A DNA stretch of 64,000 bases from an uncultured Gemmatimonadales bacterium (lineage in GTDB: Bacteria > Gemmatimonadota > Gemmatimonadetes > Longimicrobiales > RSA9), in assembly GCA_963741945.1 (NCBI GenBank), contig CAVUKA010000001.1:64001-128000 (forward strand), written 5' to 3'. The notes beneath the pieces were generated by a model. That model was not told the DNA's origin. It saw only the letters and a list, made by a program, of their open reading frames with translations, and searched no databases. Both the position numbers and the translations under genes were made by a program. Of the stretch, positions 38,485 to 48,815 are shown piece by piece (the first letter of the stretch is position 1; every line of letters starts with the position of its first letter).

Positions 38485-40540
38485 TCAGGAGCCCAGCGTG
38501 AAGCGGAGGTCGATGGCCCGGCCCATCCCCGGGTGGATCATGCGCACGTTCTCGCTCGTGAACGGATCGTAGAGCAGGAAGCCGAAGCTGCCGTACCCGG
38601 TGTCGAAGATGTTGCGGATGGAGAGCCGTGCGCCGACCCTCCCGACCCGCATCTGAACTGCCGCATCGAAGAGCGAGCTGCCGGGCAGCGACTCCGTGTT
38701 CTCGTCGTCGAGCCAGACCCGGCCAATGGCGCGGTGCGTCAGCGTGACCGAAAGGGGCTCCGCGAGGGTCACACGCGCGGTGGTCGTGAAGGCGCTCTCC
38801 GGAATGTTCTTCAGCTGGTTGCCCCGGTTCTCCGAGCTCCGGAACGTGGCCCGTCCCAGCGTGGCCGCGTGCGTCACCTCGAAGCGCCCGGAGAGCACGG
38901 CGCGGAGAGACAGCTCCGCGCCCGTGTGCCGGCTCGCCAGGATGTTGCCGTAGCGGTAGGTCAGGATGTCGAAATCGATCTCGTCATCCAGCCATTGCCG
39001 GTACGCCGTGACCGAGAGCTCGGCATAGCGTTCGGCGCTGCCGAGCGGGACCCGCTGATAGGCACCGGCCTCGATCGCGGTGGAGTGCTGCGGCCTCAGC
39101 TCGCCGTTGGAGATCCGGATCGTCACGCCGGGCTCACCGGTCGAAATCGCGCGGGCGTCGAAGAGCTGATCGAGAGTCGGCGCCTTGAACGCGCGGGTCC
39201 ACGAGACGTAGACGTTGCCGGCGCTCGTCGCCTCCTCGCGGTACGCATAGTTCGCCCCGAGTCTCGGCGACCACTGATGGAACGAGGGCGCCGCCGGCGA
39301 CCCGGAGGCGTCGTTCGTCGGCAGCACCGCATCGAAGCGGATCCCGCCGACCAGGCGGAGCCGCTCCGTGGGCGAGCCGCTCAGCTCGCCATGCAGGCCG
39401 ACCTTCCACTGGCGCGCGTCCCCGGATGTCAGCGGCGCGCCCGTCCCGGGATCGGTGTAGCGGGTCCGGAACGATGCGCCGTGCGCCTCGGCGCCGACAT
39501 GGAGGAGCGCCGGGCCGAGCGGCGCGGCGACCTGCGTGCGCGCCCAGACGCCGACCTCCCGGTCATCCTGGTCCTGCGTGTCGCCGAACGTGGGAGCGAG
39601 CAGGAGCGTTCGCGTCCGATCCTGCTGGTACCAGCGAAGCCGCGCCGCCGCATCCACCCGCACGCCACCGGGCCAGGCACGCCGGCCCCTGACCATGGCT
39701 TCCGCCGTGCGCCGCGTGCGCTCGTCGCCCGAAAATGCGGGGTGGCTGCCCCGCCGTTCGAAGTCGCCGTCCGCTTCCGGCACCGGCCCCGGATCCTCGT
39801 TGAACAGCTGGCTGAACGCCACTCGTCCAGACAGCGCATTGCCATCGGATCCCGGGGGCCGACTCAGGGAAAGCGAAGCCGTCAGCCGGTCCGAGCGGGA
39901 ATGTTCCCGGAAGCCATCCTCGCGATCGTAGTCGAGCGTCGCGCCCATCCCCGCCCCGCCCAGCCCCGAGGCGGTGGACGCGTGCACTCCCTCGCCGCTC
40001 CACGACGACACGGATGCCGATGCCTGGCCCGCGAGCCGGCCGGGCGGCGACCCGTGTCGGGTCACGACATTGATCACTGCCCCGAGGGCAGCATCCCCAT
40101 AAGAGACCGACGCGGAACCGCGGAGAACTTCGAATGCGCTCCACGTTCTCGAGCGGGATCCGGCTCCACTCCACCAACCCGCTCCTGCCATCGTTCGCAG
40201 GGACACCGTCGATCGTGAGCAGCACGTACGACGTCTCGCCGCCGCCGAAGAAGCCGCGCGCGATCGCGATCGGCATCCGGCCGGAGCCATCCTGCTCGAC
40301 GAACATCAACCCGGGAACGGTCTCGAGTGCTTCGGCAAGCGTGCGGGCGGGCAGCGCATCGAGATCGGCCCGCGTGAGCAGGCTGGTGGCCGTCACCGTG
40401 CTCCGGAGCTCCGTGGCGTAGCGGTCGGCCACGACCACCAGCGCGTCCAGCCGGTACGGCTCGCCAGCCAGCGAATCCGGTCCCGCCTGCGCGAGCACCG
40501 ACGAGGGCAGAGCGAGCAGCGCCACCGCCCGGATGACCAT
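38485..40540 (-). pseudogene. TonB-dependent receptor split by a +1 frameshift near 40133 (pseudogene or sequencing error)
   Basis: Plug domain (ARGFFGGGETSYVLLTIDGVP...ENVERI) and EVLRGSASVSYG...barrel (FKAPTLDQLF, NIFD) lie in different frames; removing one T restores ERIEVLRG. Confidence 0.85.
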
Positions 40541-40962
40541 CGCAATGCCGTGCGCCCGCGCGGTGTACGCGGCTTCTCCTGGTGCGTTATCCACTCCTCG
40601 GACCTCGACGGAAGGGCATGAAGCGGCCGTCCGGCTCCAGCACGGAACCAAGGCGGACGGCCTGGCTGTCACGCTGCGCGCAGCGTGGGACTTCGATCTA
40701 TGGAACGTCTTCGCCGGGTCCCGCTCCGACTCCGACGGGACACCGCGCCACTGTCATCACGGGTCCGGCGTCCGGTCCCCGGAACGCGCGTGCGTCGAGG
40801 CATCAGGAAGGATACTCACTATCCAATACTGTAACAGCGGCTCACCCGCGTGCCAAGGACTTCGTCCGGGACCGGCGCTTGTGTGCGCCCACGCCTTGCC
40901 ACTATCCTGGTCCGGCCCCCTGCCGCCCTTCCGTCACAACAACATCGTTGCGGAGTCCGATC

Positions 40963-43900
40963 ATGCGCCGTCGCACATCCGGCCTTCTCCTGGCCGCCGC
41001 CCTCGCTCTCGCCGTCGTCCCACGTGGTCCCGCCGCCGCACAGCAGGCGGCGCCGGCGGAGCCGCCCCCATCGGCCACGGAGCCGGGGCGTGACCCGTCG
41101 CAGGCGATGGACGAGGCGTACACGCGGAAGATCCGCGAGTACACCACGGAGCCGTTCTTCCTGTCGCCGCTGGTGGACTACCTGCCGGCGTCGGCAACCG
41201 TGCCGACGCCAGCGAAAGTGCTGGGCGACGTCGCGGGAGCGCCCGGCAAGCTGCCCTATTCGGGGGAGGTCTACGCGTACATGCGCATGCTCGCGGCGGC
41301 GAGCCCCCGCGTGGAAGTCTTCACGATCGGCAAGACCGAGGAAGGCCGCGAGATGATCGCCGTGGCCGTGGCCTCGGAGGAGCTGATGAACCGGCTGGAC
41401 GAGAACCGCGCGGAGCTGGCGAAGCTGGCGGACCCCCGGACCATCGGGCTGAACGATGCCGAAGCGGCGGTCATCGAGGGCCATGCGGCGCCGGTGTACT
41501 ACATCACCGGGACGATCCACTCCGCCGAAGCGGGCGCACCGACGGCGCTGATGGAGCTGGCGTACCGTCTGGCGGTGGACGAGAGCCCGTACGTCCGGAA
41601 CATCCGGGACCACGTGATCACGTTGATCACGCCGGTGACCGAGGTGGACGGGCGCGATCGCATGGTGGACGTATACGAATGGCACAAGAGCCACCCCGGT
41701 GAGACGGCGCCGGCGGTGATCTACTGGGGCCATTACGTGCGGCATGACAACAACCGCGATGCCATGGGCCTCACGCTCGATCTCTCCCGGAACGTGCTGG
41801 ACACGTACGTGGACTGGAAAGCGCAGGTGCTGCACGACCTGCACGAGTCGGTGGCCTACCTCTACGACAACACCATCGGCGACGGCCCCTACAACGCCTG
41901 GCTCGACCCGCTGCTCACGAACGAGTGGCAGATGATCGGGTGGAACAACGTGCAGGAGATGACGCGTTTCGGGATGCCCGGGGTGTTCGCGTTCGGCACG
42001 TTCGACACCTGGTCGCTCGGGTACCTCATGTCGCTGGCGGCCGCGCACAACGGCATCAGCCGACTGTACGAGACGTTCGGCAACGGTGGCACCGCCGAAA
42101 CCGTGGAGCGGACTCTTTCGCCCGGCGAGACCGCGCGCACCTGGTACAAGCAGAACCCGCCGCTGCCGCGGGTGATGTGGTCGCTTCGCAACAACAACAA
42201 CTACCAGCAGACGGGGCTGCTCGTCTCTCTCAGCTACGTCGCGCGGAACCGGCAGCTCTTCCTCAAGAATTTCTACGAGAAGAGCAAGCGCTCGATCCTC
42301 AAGGCGAACACCGAGGGACCCGCGGCCTACGTCCTTCCCGGAGACGACCCGCGGCCGGGGGCGCAGGCGGAGCTTCTGCGTGTCCTGCGGCGCCAGCACG
42401 TCGAGATCGCCCGCGCCACAGCCGCTTTCACCGTGGCCCTGCCCGCCGAGCACGTGGCCTCCGAGGGACGCGGCGGGAAGGGCGCCGAGGAGGCCGACAG
42501 CGCCCCGGAGGATGCGGCGACGCCGGACAGCGCGGGCACCAGGCACCGCACGTTCCCGGCTGGCAGCTTCATCATTCGCATGGACCAGCCGTACTCGCGC
42601 ATCGCGGACGCGCTCCTGGACTACCAGTACTGGTCCCCGACGGACGCGCAGCAGCGGCCGTACGACGACACCGGGTGGACCTTCCCGGAAGGCTTCGGCG
42701 TGAAAGCGTTCCGCGTGCTGGACACGAAGGTGCTCGATGCGCCCATGGAGATGGTCACGGGCTCACTGACTCCGGCAGGCGGCGTACGGGGCACCGGCGG
42801 CGTGTTCCTCATCGAACACGATGGAGACAATGCCCTGGCCACACTCCGCTACCGCTTCGCCGGGGCCGATTTCCGGGCGGCCGAGGAGCCGTTCGACGTG
42901 GGCGACGCGCATTTCGACCGCGGCAGCTTCATCATCCGGGGCATCTCTCGTGGCGAGCTGGACGCGGCCACGAAGGAGCTGGGACTGAAAGCGTATGCCG
43001 TGCCGGCCGCACCCGCGGTCGCTTCCCACCCGCTACGCGCCGCGCGCGTCGCCATCCTGCACACGTGGACCGGCACGCAGACGGAGGGCTGGTGGCGCAT
43101 GGCGTTCGACAAGCTGGGCCTGCCGTTCAGCTATATCTCCGTGCAGGACGTGGCGAAGGACCCGGACCTGAACGCCAGGTACGACGTCATCATCTTCCCG
43201 CCGGCGGGCGGCAGCGGGAAGTCCATCATCGAGGGGATGCCCATGTGGCGAAACCCGATGCCCTGGAAGCACACGTCCCTGACGCCGAACATCGGCGTCA
43301 TCGACGAGACCGAGGATGTGCGGCCGGGACTCGGCTGGAACGGACTGGAGCACCTCCAGCGCTTCGTGCAGCGCGGCGGCGTGCTCATCACCACCTCGAA
43401 CACGTCGGCCTTCGCCATCGACTACGGGTTCGCCAGCGGGGTCAGCCTCAACGACCCGAGCAGCCGGGTCGTGGGAAGTCTGCTCCGCTCGCGCGTCGTG
43501 GATGAACGGAGCCCGATCGTCTACGGCATTCCGGACAGTCTCGCCGTCTACAGCGACAATGGCGCGAGCTTCAGCATCAGCAGCACCAGCGGCGGCCGCG
43601 GCTTCCGCGGCTTCGGGCGCGGTGACGCCGGGCGGCCCACTGGCCGCGGCCGGCCGGATGAAGCCGATGTCCCGCAGGGCCGTCCTCGCCTGGACCCGAA
43701 GTTCGAGGCCCCGCCCACCCCGAAGGTGCGGCCGTGGGAGGCCGCGCCGGTCACGGACGACATGATGCGCGACCCGCTCAACGTCATCCCGCCCGACCAG
43801 CGCCCGCGTGTGGCGCTCCGCTTCGGTGACGCCCACGGCCTTCTCGTCTCCGGACTCCTGGGCGGCGGCGGCAGCGACATCGCGGAGCGCCCGGTGGTGG

Positions 43901-44049
43901 TGGACGTCCCCGTGCAGAAGGGGCACGTGGTCATGTTCGCCAACAACCCGATCTGGCGGGGCGAGGCGATCGCTTCCTACTTCCTGGTCTTCAACACCCT
44001 GTTGAACTGGGACAACCTGAACGCGGGGCGGGCGCTGGACGAACGCTGA
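40963..44049 (+). CDS. M14 zinc carboxypeptidase-family secreted protein
   Basis: Signal peptide, GKTEEGR, IHSAE, DNNRD, HDLHE, YDDTGWT, glutamine-amidotransferase-like C-domain. Confidence 0.88.
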   Translation: MRRRTSGLLLAAALALAVVPRGPAAAQQAAPAEPPPSATEPGRDPSQAMDEAYTRKIREYTTEPFFLSPLVDYLPASATVPTPAKVLGDVAGAPGKLPYSGEVYAYMRMLAAASPRVEVFTIGKTEEGREMIAVAVASEELMNRLDENRAELAKLADPRTIGLNDAEAAVIEGHAAPVYYITGTIHSAEAGAPTALMELAYRLAVDESPYVRNIRDHVITLITPVTEVDGRDRMVDVYEWHKSHPGETAPAVIYWGHYVRHDNNRDAMGLTLDLSRNVLDTYVDWKAQVLHDLHESVAYLYDNTIGDGPYNAWLDPLLTNEWQMIGWNNVQEMTRFGMPGVFAFGTFDTWSLGYLMSLAAAHNGISRLYETFGNGGTAETVERTLSPGETARTWYKQNPPLPRVMWSLRNNNNYQQTGLLVSLSYVARNRQLFLKNFYEKSKRSILKANTEGPAAYVLPGDDPRPGAQAELLRVLRRQHVEIARATAAFTVALPAEHVASEGRGGKGAEEADSAPEDAATPDSAGTRHRTFPAGSFIIRMDQPYSRIADALLDYQYWSPTDAQQRPYDDTGWTFPEGFGVKAFRVLDTKVLDAPMEMVTGSLTPAGGVRGTGGVFLIEHDGDNALATLRYRFAGADFRAAEEPFDVGDAHFDRGSFIIRGISRGELDAATKELGLKAYAVPAAPAVASHPLRAARVAILHTWTGTQTEGWWRMAFDKLGLPFSYISVQDVAKDPDLNARYDVIIFPPAGGSGKSIIEGMPMWRNPMPWKHTSLTPNIGVIDETEDVRPGLGWNGLEHLQRFVQRGGVLITTSNTSAFAIDYGFASGVSLNDPSSRVVGSLLRSRVVDERSPIVYGIPDSLAVYSDNGASFSISSTSGGRGFRGFGRGDAGRPTGRGRPDEADVPQGRPRLDPKFEAPPTPKVRPWEAAPVTDDMMRDPLNVIPPDQRPRVALRFGDAHGLLVSGLLGGGGSDIAERPVVVDVPVQKGHVVMFANNPIWRGEAIASYFLVFNTLLNWDNLNAGRALDER

Positions 44050-44166
44050 TCCGCGGCGAGCGGCGCGCCGCCGCAGGCGGCAGCCGCGTGCAGCGCCCCG
44101 GGAGCGCGCCGGACCGGGGTGGATGTCGGCCCGGCTCGGCGGGCCCGCGGAAGCCCCCGGCGTTCG

Positions 44167-44661
44167 CTACTCCGCCGCCCGGTCATCGCGCGCGCGGGGA
44201 AGCTCTCCCGCGATCAGCGGGTCCTGGCATCCCTTTCCGCCGCGGTACGCTTCGCGGATCCGCGCGTGCGCCTCTCCCGACGAGATCGGTCGCACTACCC
44301 AGTAGTCCTGGAGGCGGGTCGCTGCGAGTTGCAGCCCGCGCTCTGCCGCCACCGGACCGCCCTGTGCAAGCTGGCATATGGCGGGGAGGCTGGCTTCTGC
44401 TTCCCACATCAGGCGCGCCCGACGGTCGAAGATGTAGCGCAGAACGAATCGCCCCACTCCCACCTGCCGATACTGAGCCCGGTGAATCTTCTCGTGGAGC
44501 GCGATCCTGCGTCGTGTCGGCGCGTCGCGGGGGGGATGGAGCACGACCGTCTCCTGTCCCACGGTGATCGCCACGGGGCTCACGCGGCTCGCGGTCGAGA
44601 GCAGCAGTCCGATGCCGGCACAGAGGAGGAGAAACGCGAAGAGCAACCGGCGCCAGCTCAC
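44167..44661 (-). CDS. Small membrane-anchored HExxH putative metallopeptidase (DUF4157-like)
   Basis: N-terminal TM, LHEKIHRAQY...EAEA. Confidence 0.6.
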   Translation of the reverse strand: MSWRRLLFAFLLLCAGIGLLLSTASRVSPVAITVGQETVVLHPPRDAPTRRRIALHEKIHRAQYRQVGVGRFVLRYIFDRRARLMWEAEASLPAICQLAQGGPVAAERGLQLAATRLQDYWVVRPISSGEAHARIREAYRGGKGCQDPLIAGELPRARDDRAAE

Positions 44662-44976
44662 CTCCGCTGCTCACATGCGCGGATGCTGCCGATCTCGCGT
44701 CTGAGCGCCGCAGGGTCCGGATTCACCACATGAATCTCCATGGCTCGAAGTACGACCAGGAGATTCAACGTCCTGCACCGCAGCCCGTGGCCTCCTGTTG
44801 CACCTCCCGCAGACGCGCAATCGGCAAGCCAGCGCCGGCAGATCCGACGCGGATCGTGCTCACGGTGGCCGCAATCGTCCGCCAGTGTCGCAGCGGGTGC
44901 ACGAGAACCGCCCCGGGAGTGGCCGCGACTGGCGGGCTCCCGGGGCGGTTCTACGCCCGTTCGGAGTGGTTCCGGC

Positions 44977-47103
44977 TCAGGGGCGCATGAGCTTGCGCGT
45001 GAAGTAGGTGAACTCCAGCGCGTTCGTGTGCGCCGACTCCCGCAGGTTCGCGCCCGCGCCATGGCCGCCTTCGGTCACCTCGAAGAACAGGTACGGGTCG
45101 CCGAGCATGGCCATCTTCGCCGCGAACTTGCGCGCGTGCTGCGGGCCCACGCGGTCATCCTTCGTGGTGGTCCAGATCAGCGGCTCGGGGTACTTCACGC
45201 CGGGCTTCAGGTTCTGGTACGGAGAGATGGAAGCCAGGAAGGCGCGCTCCGCCGGATTGGATACGCTGCCGTACTCGCCCACCCACGATGTGCCCGCGTC
45301 GATGTACTCGTAGCGAAGCATGTCGAGCAGCGGCACCTGGATGTCCACCGCCTGGAAGAGGTCGGGGTTCTGCGTCATCTCCACGCCCATGAGCAGTCCG
45401 CCGTTCGAGCCGCCCATGATCCCGAGCCGTCTGGAGCTGGTGATCCCGCGGGCTATGAGGTCGCGGGCGACGGCGGCGAAATCGTCGTAGATGATCTGCC
45501 GCTTGGTCTTGAGTCCCGCCTCGTGCCACGCCGGCCCGAACTCTCCACCGCCCCGGATGTTGGCGAGCACGAACACACCGCCTCGCTCCAGCCAGAGCTT
45601 CCCGACAATGCCACTGTAGCGCGGCGTCTCCGAGACCTCGAAGCCGCCATACGCGTTCAGGATGGTGGGGTTGGAGCCATCCCGCTTCATGTCCTTCGGG
45701 TGGACCACGAAATACGGGATCCTGGTGCCATCCGTCGACGTCGCCTCCAGCTGCTCCACGGTGTCGGCGGCGGCATCGAACTGGGGGGGCAGGGACTTGA
45801 GCTGTTGCACGTCCCGGGTCGCGGCATCGGCGAGCCACACGCTGCTCGGAGTGAGGAACCCGCTGACACCCACGAACGCCGCCTCGCCATGCGTGTCGGC
45901 GCTCATCACGCCGGTGCTGAGGTTGTCCGGCAGCGACAGACGCTGCCGCGTCCAGCTGCCATCGCCGGCGCGCGCGAACGTGAAGACGCGCCCGCGCACG
46001 TTCTGGTAGATGCTCGCGAGCAGGTGGTCGCGCGTGGCCGCCACACCGCCCACCGATTCCCGCGGGCCGGGAACGAAGACCGCCACCGGATCGAGCTGAT
46101 CGGGATGCGCGGCGGCACCCGCGGCATCGAACGACGCCAGCGCCCCCGAGCCGATCGTCGCCGAGCCTTCCTGCCACGGCTCCGAGAGCTGCACGATCAG
46201 CTGGCCATCCACCATGTCGGTGATGCCGGACTTGAGGGGCAGCGCCAGCTTCACGACGCCGGACGGTGCGACCAGGTACTTCTCCGACTCGAACGTGGTG
46301 AGGGGGCGCTCGATCACGATCGCGCGGTGCCCTGTGCCGTCCACGAGCGTGCCGGGCGAGACACCATACCCGCCGTCGCCGGGATCGCCGCGGAAGATCT
46401 CGATGGCGCCGGCGAGCGGCTGTCCGCGCACCAGGCGCTTCACGATGTACGGATAGCCGGAAGGGGTCAGCTCCCCTTCCTGCCATTCCCGCGAGACCAG
46501 CAGCGTATCCTCGCCCTGCCACGCCACGCGCTGCTTGCCCGTCGGCAGCTCGAAGCCGCCGTCCACGAACGAGCGCGCCCCGAGATCGAACTCCCGGTAC
46601 GTGACCGCGTCCTCACCGCCGTCCGAGAGCGCGATCAGACACCGCCGCTCCGCCGGCTCCGCGCAGTTCGCGCCCCGCCACACCCAGTTGGCGTTCTCGG
46701 CGGTGGCCAGGGAATCCAGGTCCAGCACCGTCGTCCACACGGGCGAGGCCGTGCGGTAGCTGGCCAGTGAGGTGCGGCGCCAGATGCCGCGGACGTGCGC
46801 GCTGTCCTGCCAGAAGTTGTACAGGTCGCCGCCGAGGAACGACGCGTAGGGGATCCGGTCGTGGGCCTGCGCGATCGCCAGCGCGTCGCGGTAGAGCTCC
46901 GCGTACGCCGGATCGTTCTCCAGCACCGCCGTCGTCTTCGCGTTCTCCTTGGCGACCCAGGCCATCGCCCGCTCGCCGCGCTGGGCTTCGAGCCACAGGA
47001 ACGGGTCGTTCGTCGTATCCGGTGATGACGCAGCCGGCTGCTGCGCGAGGGCCGGGGTCGCCAGCGCTGTCATCAAGCACATCAGGGCGATCGCAGATCG
47101 CAT
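44977..47103 (-). CDS. Prolyl oligopeptidase (S9A)
   Basis: DPFLWLE, ANIRGGGEFG, GGSNGGLL, DDRV, GGH catalytic triad; signal peptide. Confidence 0.95.
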   Translation of the reverse strand: MRSAIALMCLMTALATPALAQQPAASSPDTTNDPFLWLEAQRGERAMAWVAKENAKTTAVLENDPAYAELYRDALAIAQAHDRIPYASFLGGDLYNFWQDSAHVRGIWRRTSLASYRTASPVWTTVLDLDSLATAENANWVWRGANCAEPAERRCLIALSDGGEDAVTYREFDLGARSFVDGGFELPTGKQRVAWQGEDTLLVSREWQEGELTPSGYPYIVKRLVRGQPLAGAIEIFRGDPGDGGYGVSPGTLVDGTGHRAIVIERPLTTFESEKYLVAPSGVVKLALPLKSGITDMVDGQLIVQLSEPWQEGSATIGSGALASFDAAGAAAHPDQLDPVAVFVPGPRESVGGVAATRDHLLASIYQNVRGRVFTFARAGDGSWTRQRLSLPDNLSTGVMSADTHGEAAFVGVSGFLTPSSVWLADAATRDVQQLKSLPPQFDAAADTVEQLEATSTDGTRIPYFVVHPKDMKRDGSNPTILNAYGGFEVSETPRYSGIVGKLWLERGGVFVLANIRGGGEFGPAWHEAGLKTKRQIIYDDFAAVARDLIARGITSSRRLGIMGGSNGGLLMGVEMTQNPDLFQAVDIQVPLLDMLRYEYIDAGTSWVGEYGSVSNPAERAFLASISPYQNLKPGVKYPEPLIWTTTKDDRVGPQHARKFAAKMAMLGDPYLFFEVTEGGHGAGANLRESAHTNALEFTYFTRKLMRP

Positions 47104-47348
47104 GAGCATCTCCATGTTTGCGTGTCCGCTGATTCTACCCCGCTGCGCCATGGCCGCAAGCGGAAACCGGCCGCCGCGGCGGCGACACCGGGGCGAGCAC
47201 CTCTACACCCGGCTTGCCATCCTGTGGCGGCGCACCGACGATTCCGGCCATGATCCCGCGCGTCGCGCGGGGTCGACGCGGGCGTCGGCCGCCCGTGGCG
47301 CGCCCCCGGTCCCGCGCCGGACCCTGCACGCCCGCCGGGGGTTAGGAC

Positions 47349-48815
47349 ATGCCCATGAAGCTGCGCGTGCCACGCTTCCCGAAGCGCCAGATCGGCCGCC
47401 CGGCGCTCGCTGCGCTGCTGGCGGCGCTGGGGGCGTGTGCCGGTGCGTCACTGCCGGGCCGCCCCGGCGGACCCTCGCCCGCGGATGACCCGTGCCTCCT
47501 CACGACGTCGACGCCTGCCGCGGACGAGGCGTCGACGCGGTGGGTGGCGGCGCTCCCCGGCCCGGTGGACCCGGCGCATTCACCCGTGCCGCGGAGCGAG
47601 GCCGAAGGTCTCGTCTTCGCGCAGCTGTACGAGACGCTGGTGCGGATCGACTGCCGGGGCGAGGCGCAGCCTCTCCTGGCGACCGCGTGGGAGGAGGAGG
47701 ATGGGGGCCGGAGGTGGACTTTCCACCTGCGCCCGGGGGCCCGAGCGTGGAACGGCGCCGCTGTTCGTGCGACCGACGTGACGCGGAGCTGGCAGACCAC
47801 CGCTCCGGCCGGCGAGCTGGCCGCGCTGACAGTCCTGAGCGACACCACTCTCCGGGTCGAGCTGCGTTCCCCCGCGAAGGCCGCGTTCTTCGCACGCCCG
47901 GAGCTCGCCGTGGCGCTGCCCGGGACGCCCGGCGGCTGGGCGGTCGGCACGGGCCCGTATCGACCCGAGGCCGCGTCGCCCCGGCTCGCCTCCTCCAGCG
48001 TGCTCCTGCGGTCCGGATCCGGACACGAAGCGGTGGAGTTCCGCGAGATGCGGGGCGATCCCCGGAACGCGCTCGACGCCGGCGTGGACCTCCTGGTCAC
48101 GCGGGATCAGGAAGCCCTCGACTACGCGGCCGCATCCGGAGGGTATCATCGGGCAGCGCTGCCGTGGGACCGCGTGTATGTCCTCGTCGCCCGGGTACCC
48201 GCCGGGTACGACGCGCGGGTCGGGCCATCCGCGGCGGCGCTCCAGGCACTGGCGCGGGACGCGGTGCGCGTGCAGGCGAGGGCCGCGGCAGCCGCTCCGG
48301 CCGATCTGGCCGCCTGCGCTCCGCCCACCACCGCTCCACTCGACGCCGGCGCCGGCCTCCGGAGCTCCGCCGCCCCGGCCGCTCCGGCGCCCGGTGTCGC
48401 TGGCGCGGGGGAGATCCTCTACCCCCGCGAAGACGCCACGGCAGCGGCACTGGCCCAGCGGCTCGTGGCGCTCGCCCGCGCGGGGACGGGCGCGCCGTGG
48501 GTCCACGCCGCGCTGGCGAACGGAAGCGCGCGGCTCACTGCGCGCGGCATGTCCGCCGGGGACTTCGAGAGCGCCCTGGGAAGCGCCACGGCGGCGGGGT
48601 ACGTCCTCCCCATCCGGCGCACGGCGGCGAGCGACCCGTGCGATCTGCTTGCGCGGGCGCGTCGACGGGCACCGTGGCTGGGGCCTTTCGAGCTGCTGCC
48701 GCTCGTGGAGACGCGCGCCAGCGCGATCCTGCGCGAGGGCGTCGCCGGGGTCACGGTGGACGGGGCGGGCACGCTCCTCCTGCCCCCGGCCGGCGCGACG
48801 GGGACCCGGCCGTGA
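47349..48815 (+). CDS. Atypical family-5 solute-binding lipoprotein
   Basis: Lipobox LGAC, QLYETLVRID, PLLATAW, WTFHLR, GTGPY; degenerate C-half. Confidence 0.7.
   Translation: MPMKLRVPRFPKRQIGRPALAALLAALGACAGASLPGRPGGPSPADDPCLLTTSTPAADEASTRWVAALPGPVDPAHSPVPRSEAEGLVFAQLYETLVRIDCRGEAQPLLATAWEEEDGGRRWTFHLRPGARAWNGAAVRATDVTRSWQTTAPAGELAALTVLSDTTLRVELRSPAKAAFFARPELAVALPGTPGGWAVGTGPYRPEAASPRLASSSVLLRSGSGHEAVEFREMRGDPRNALDAGVDLLVTRDQEALDYAAASGGYHRAALPWDRVYVLVARVPAGYDARVGPSAAALQALARDAVRVQARAAAAAPADLAACAPPTTAPLDAGAGLRSSAAPAAPAPGVAGAGEILYPREDATAAALAQRLVALARAGTGAPWVHAALANGSARLTARGMSAGDFESALGSATAAGYVLPIRRTAASDPCDLLARARRRAPWLGPFELLPLVETRASAILREGVAGVTVDGAGTLLLPPAGATGTRP

Noticed and set aside
40700-40830. 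Cobalamin riboswitch upstream of the TonB receptor (cgccactgt)
   Set aside because: The motif is on the wrong strand for the receptor and the other conserved elements are not found.
44662-44976. Small ORFs between the HExxH gene and the prolyl oligopeptidase
   Set aside because: No RBS or motif support; probably intergenic.
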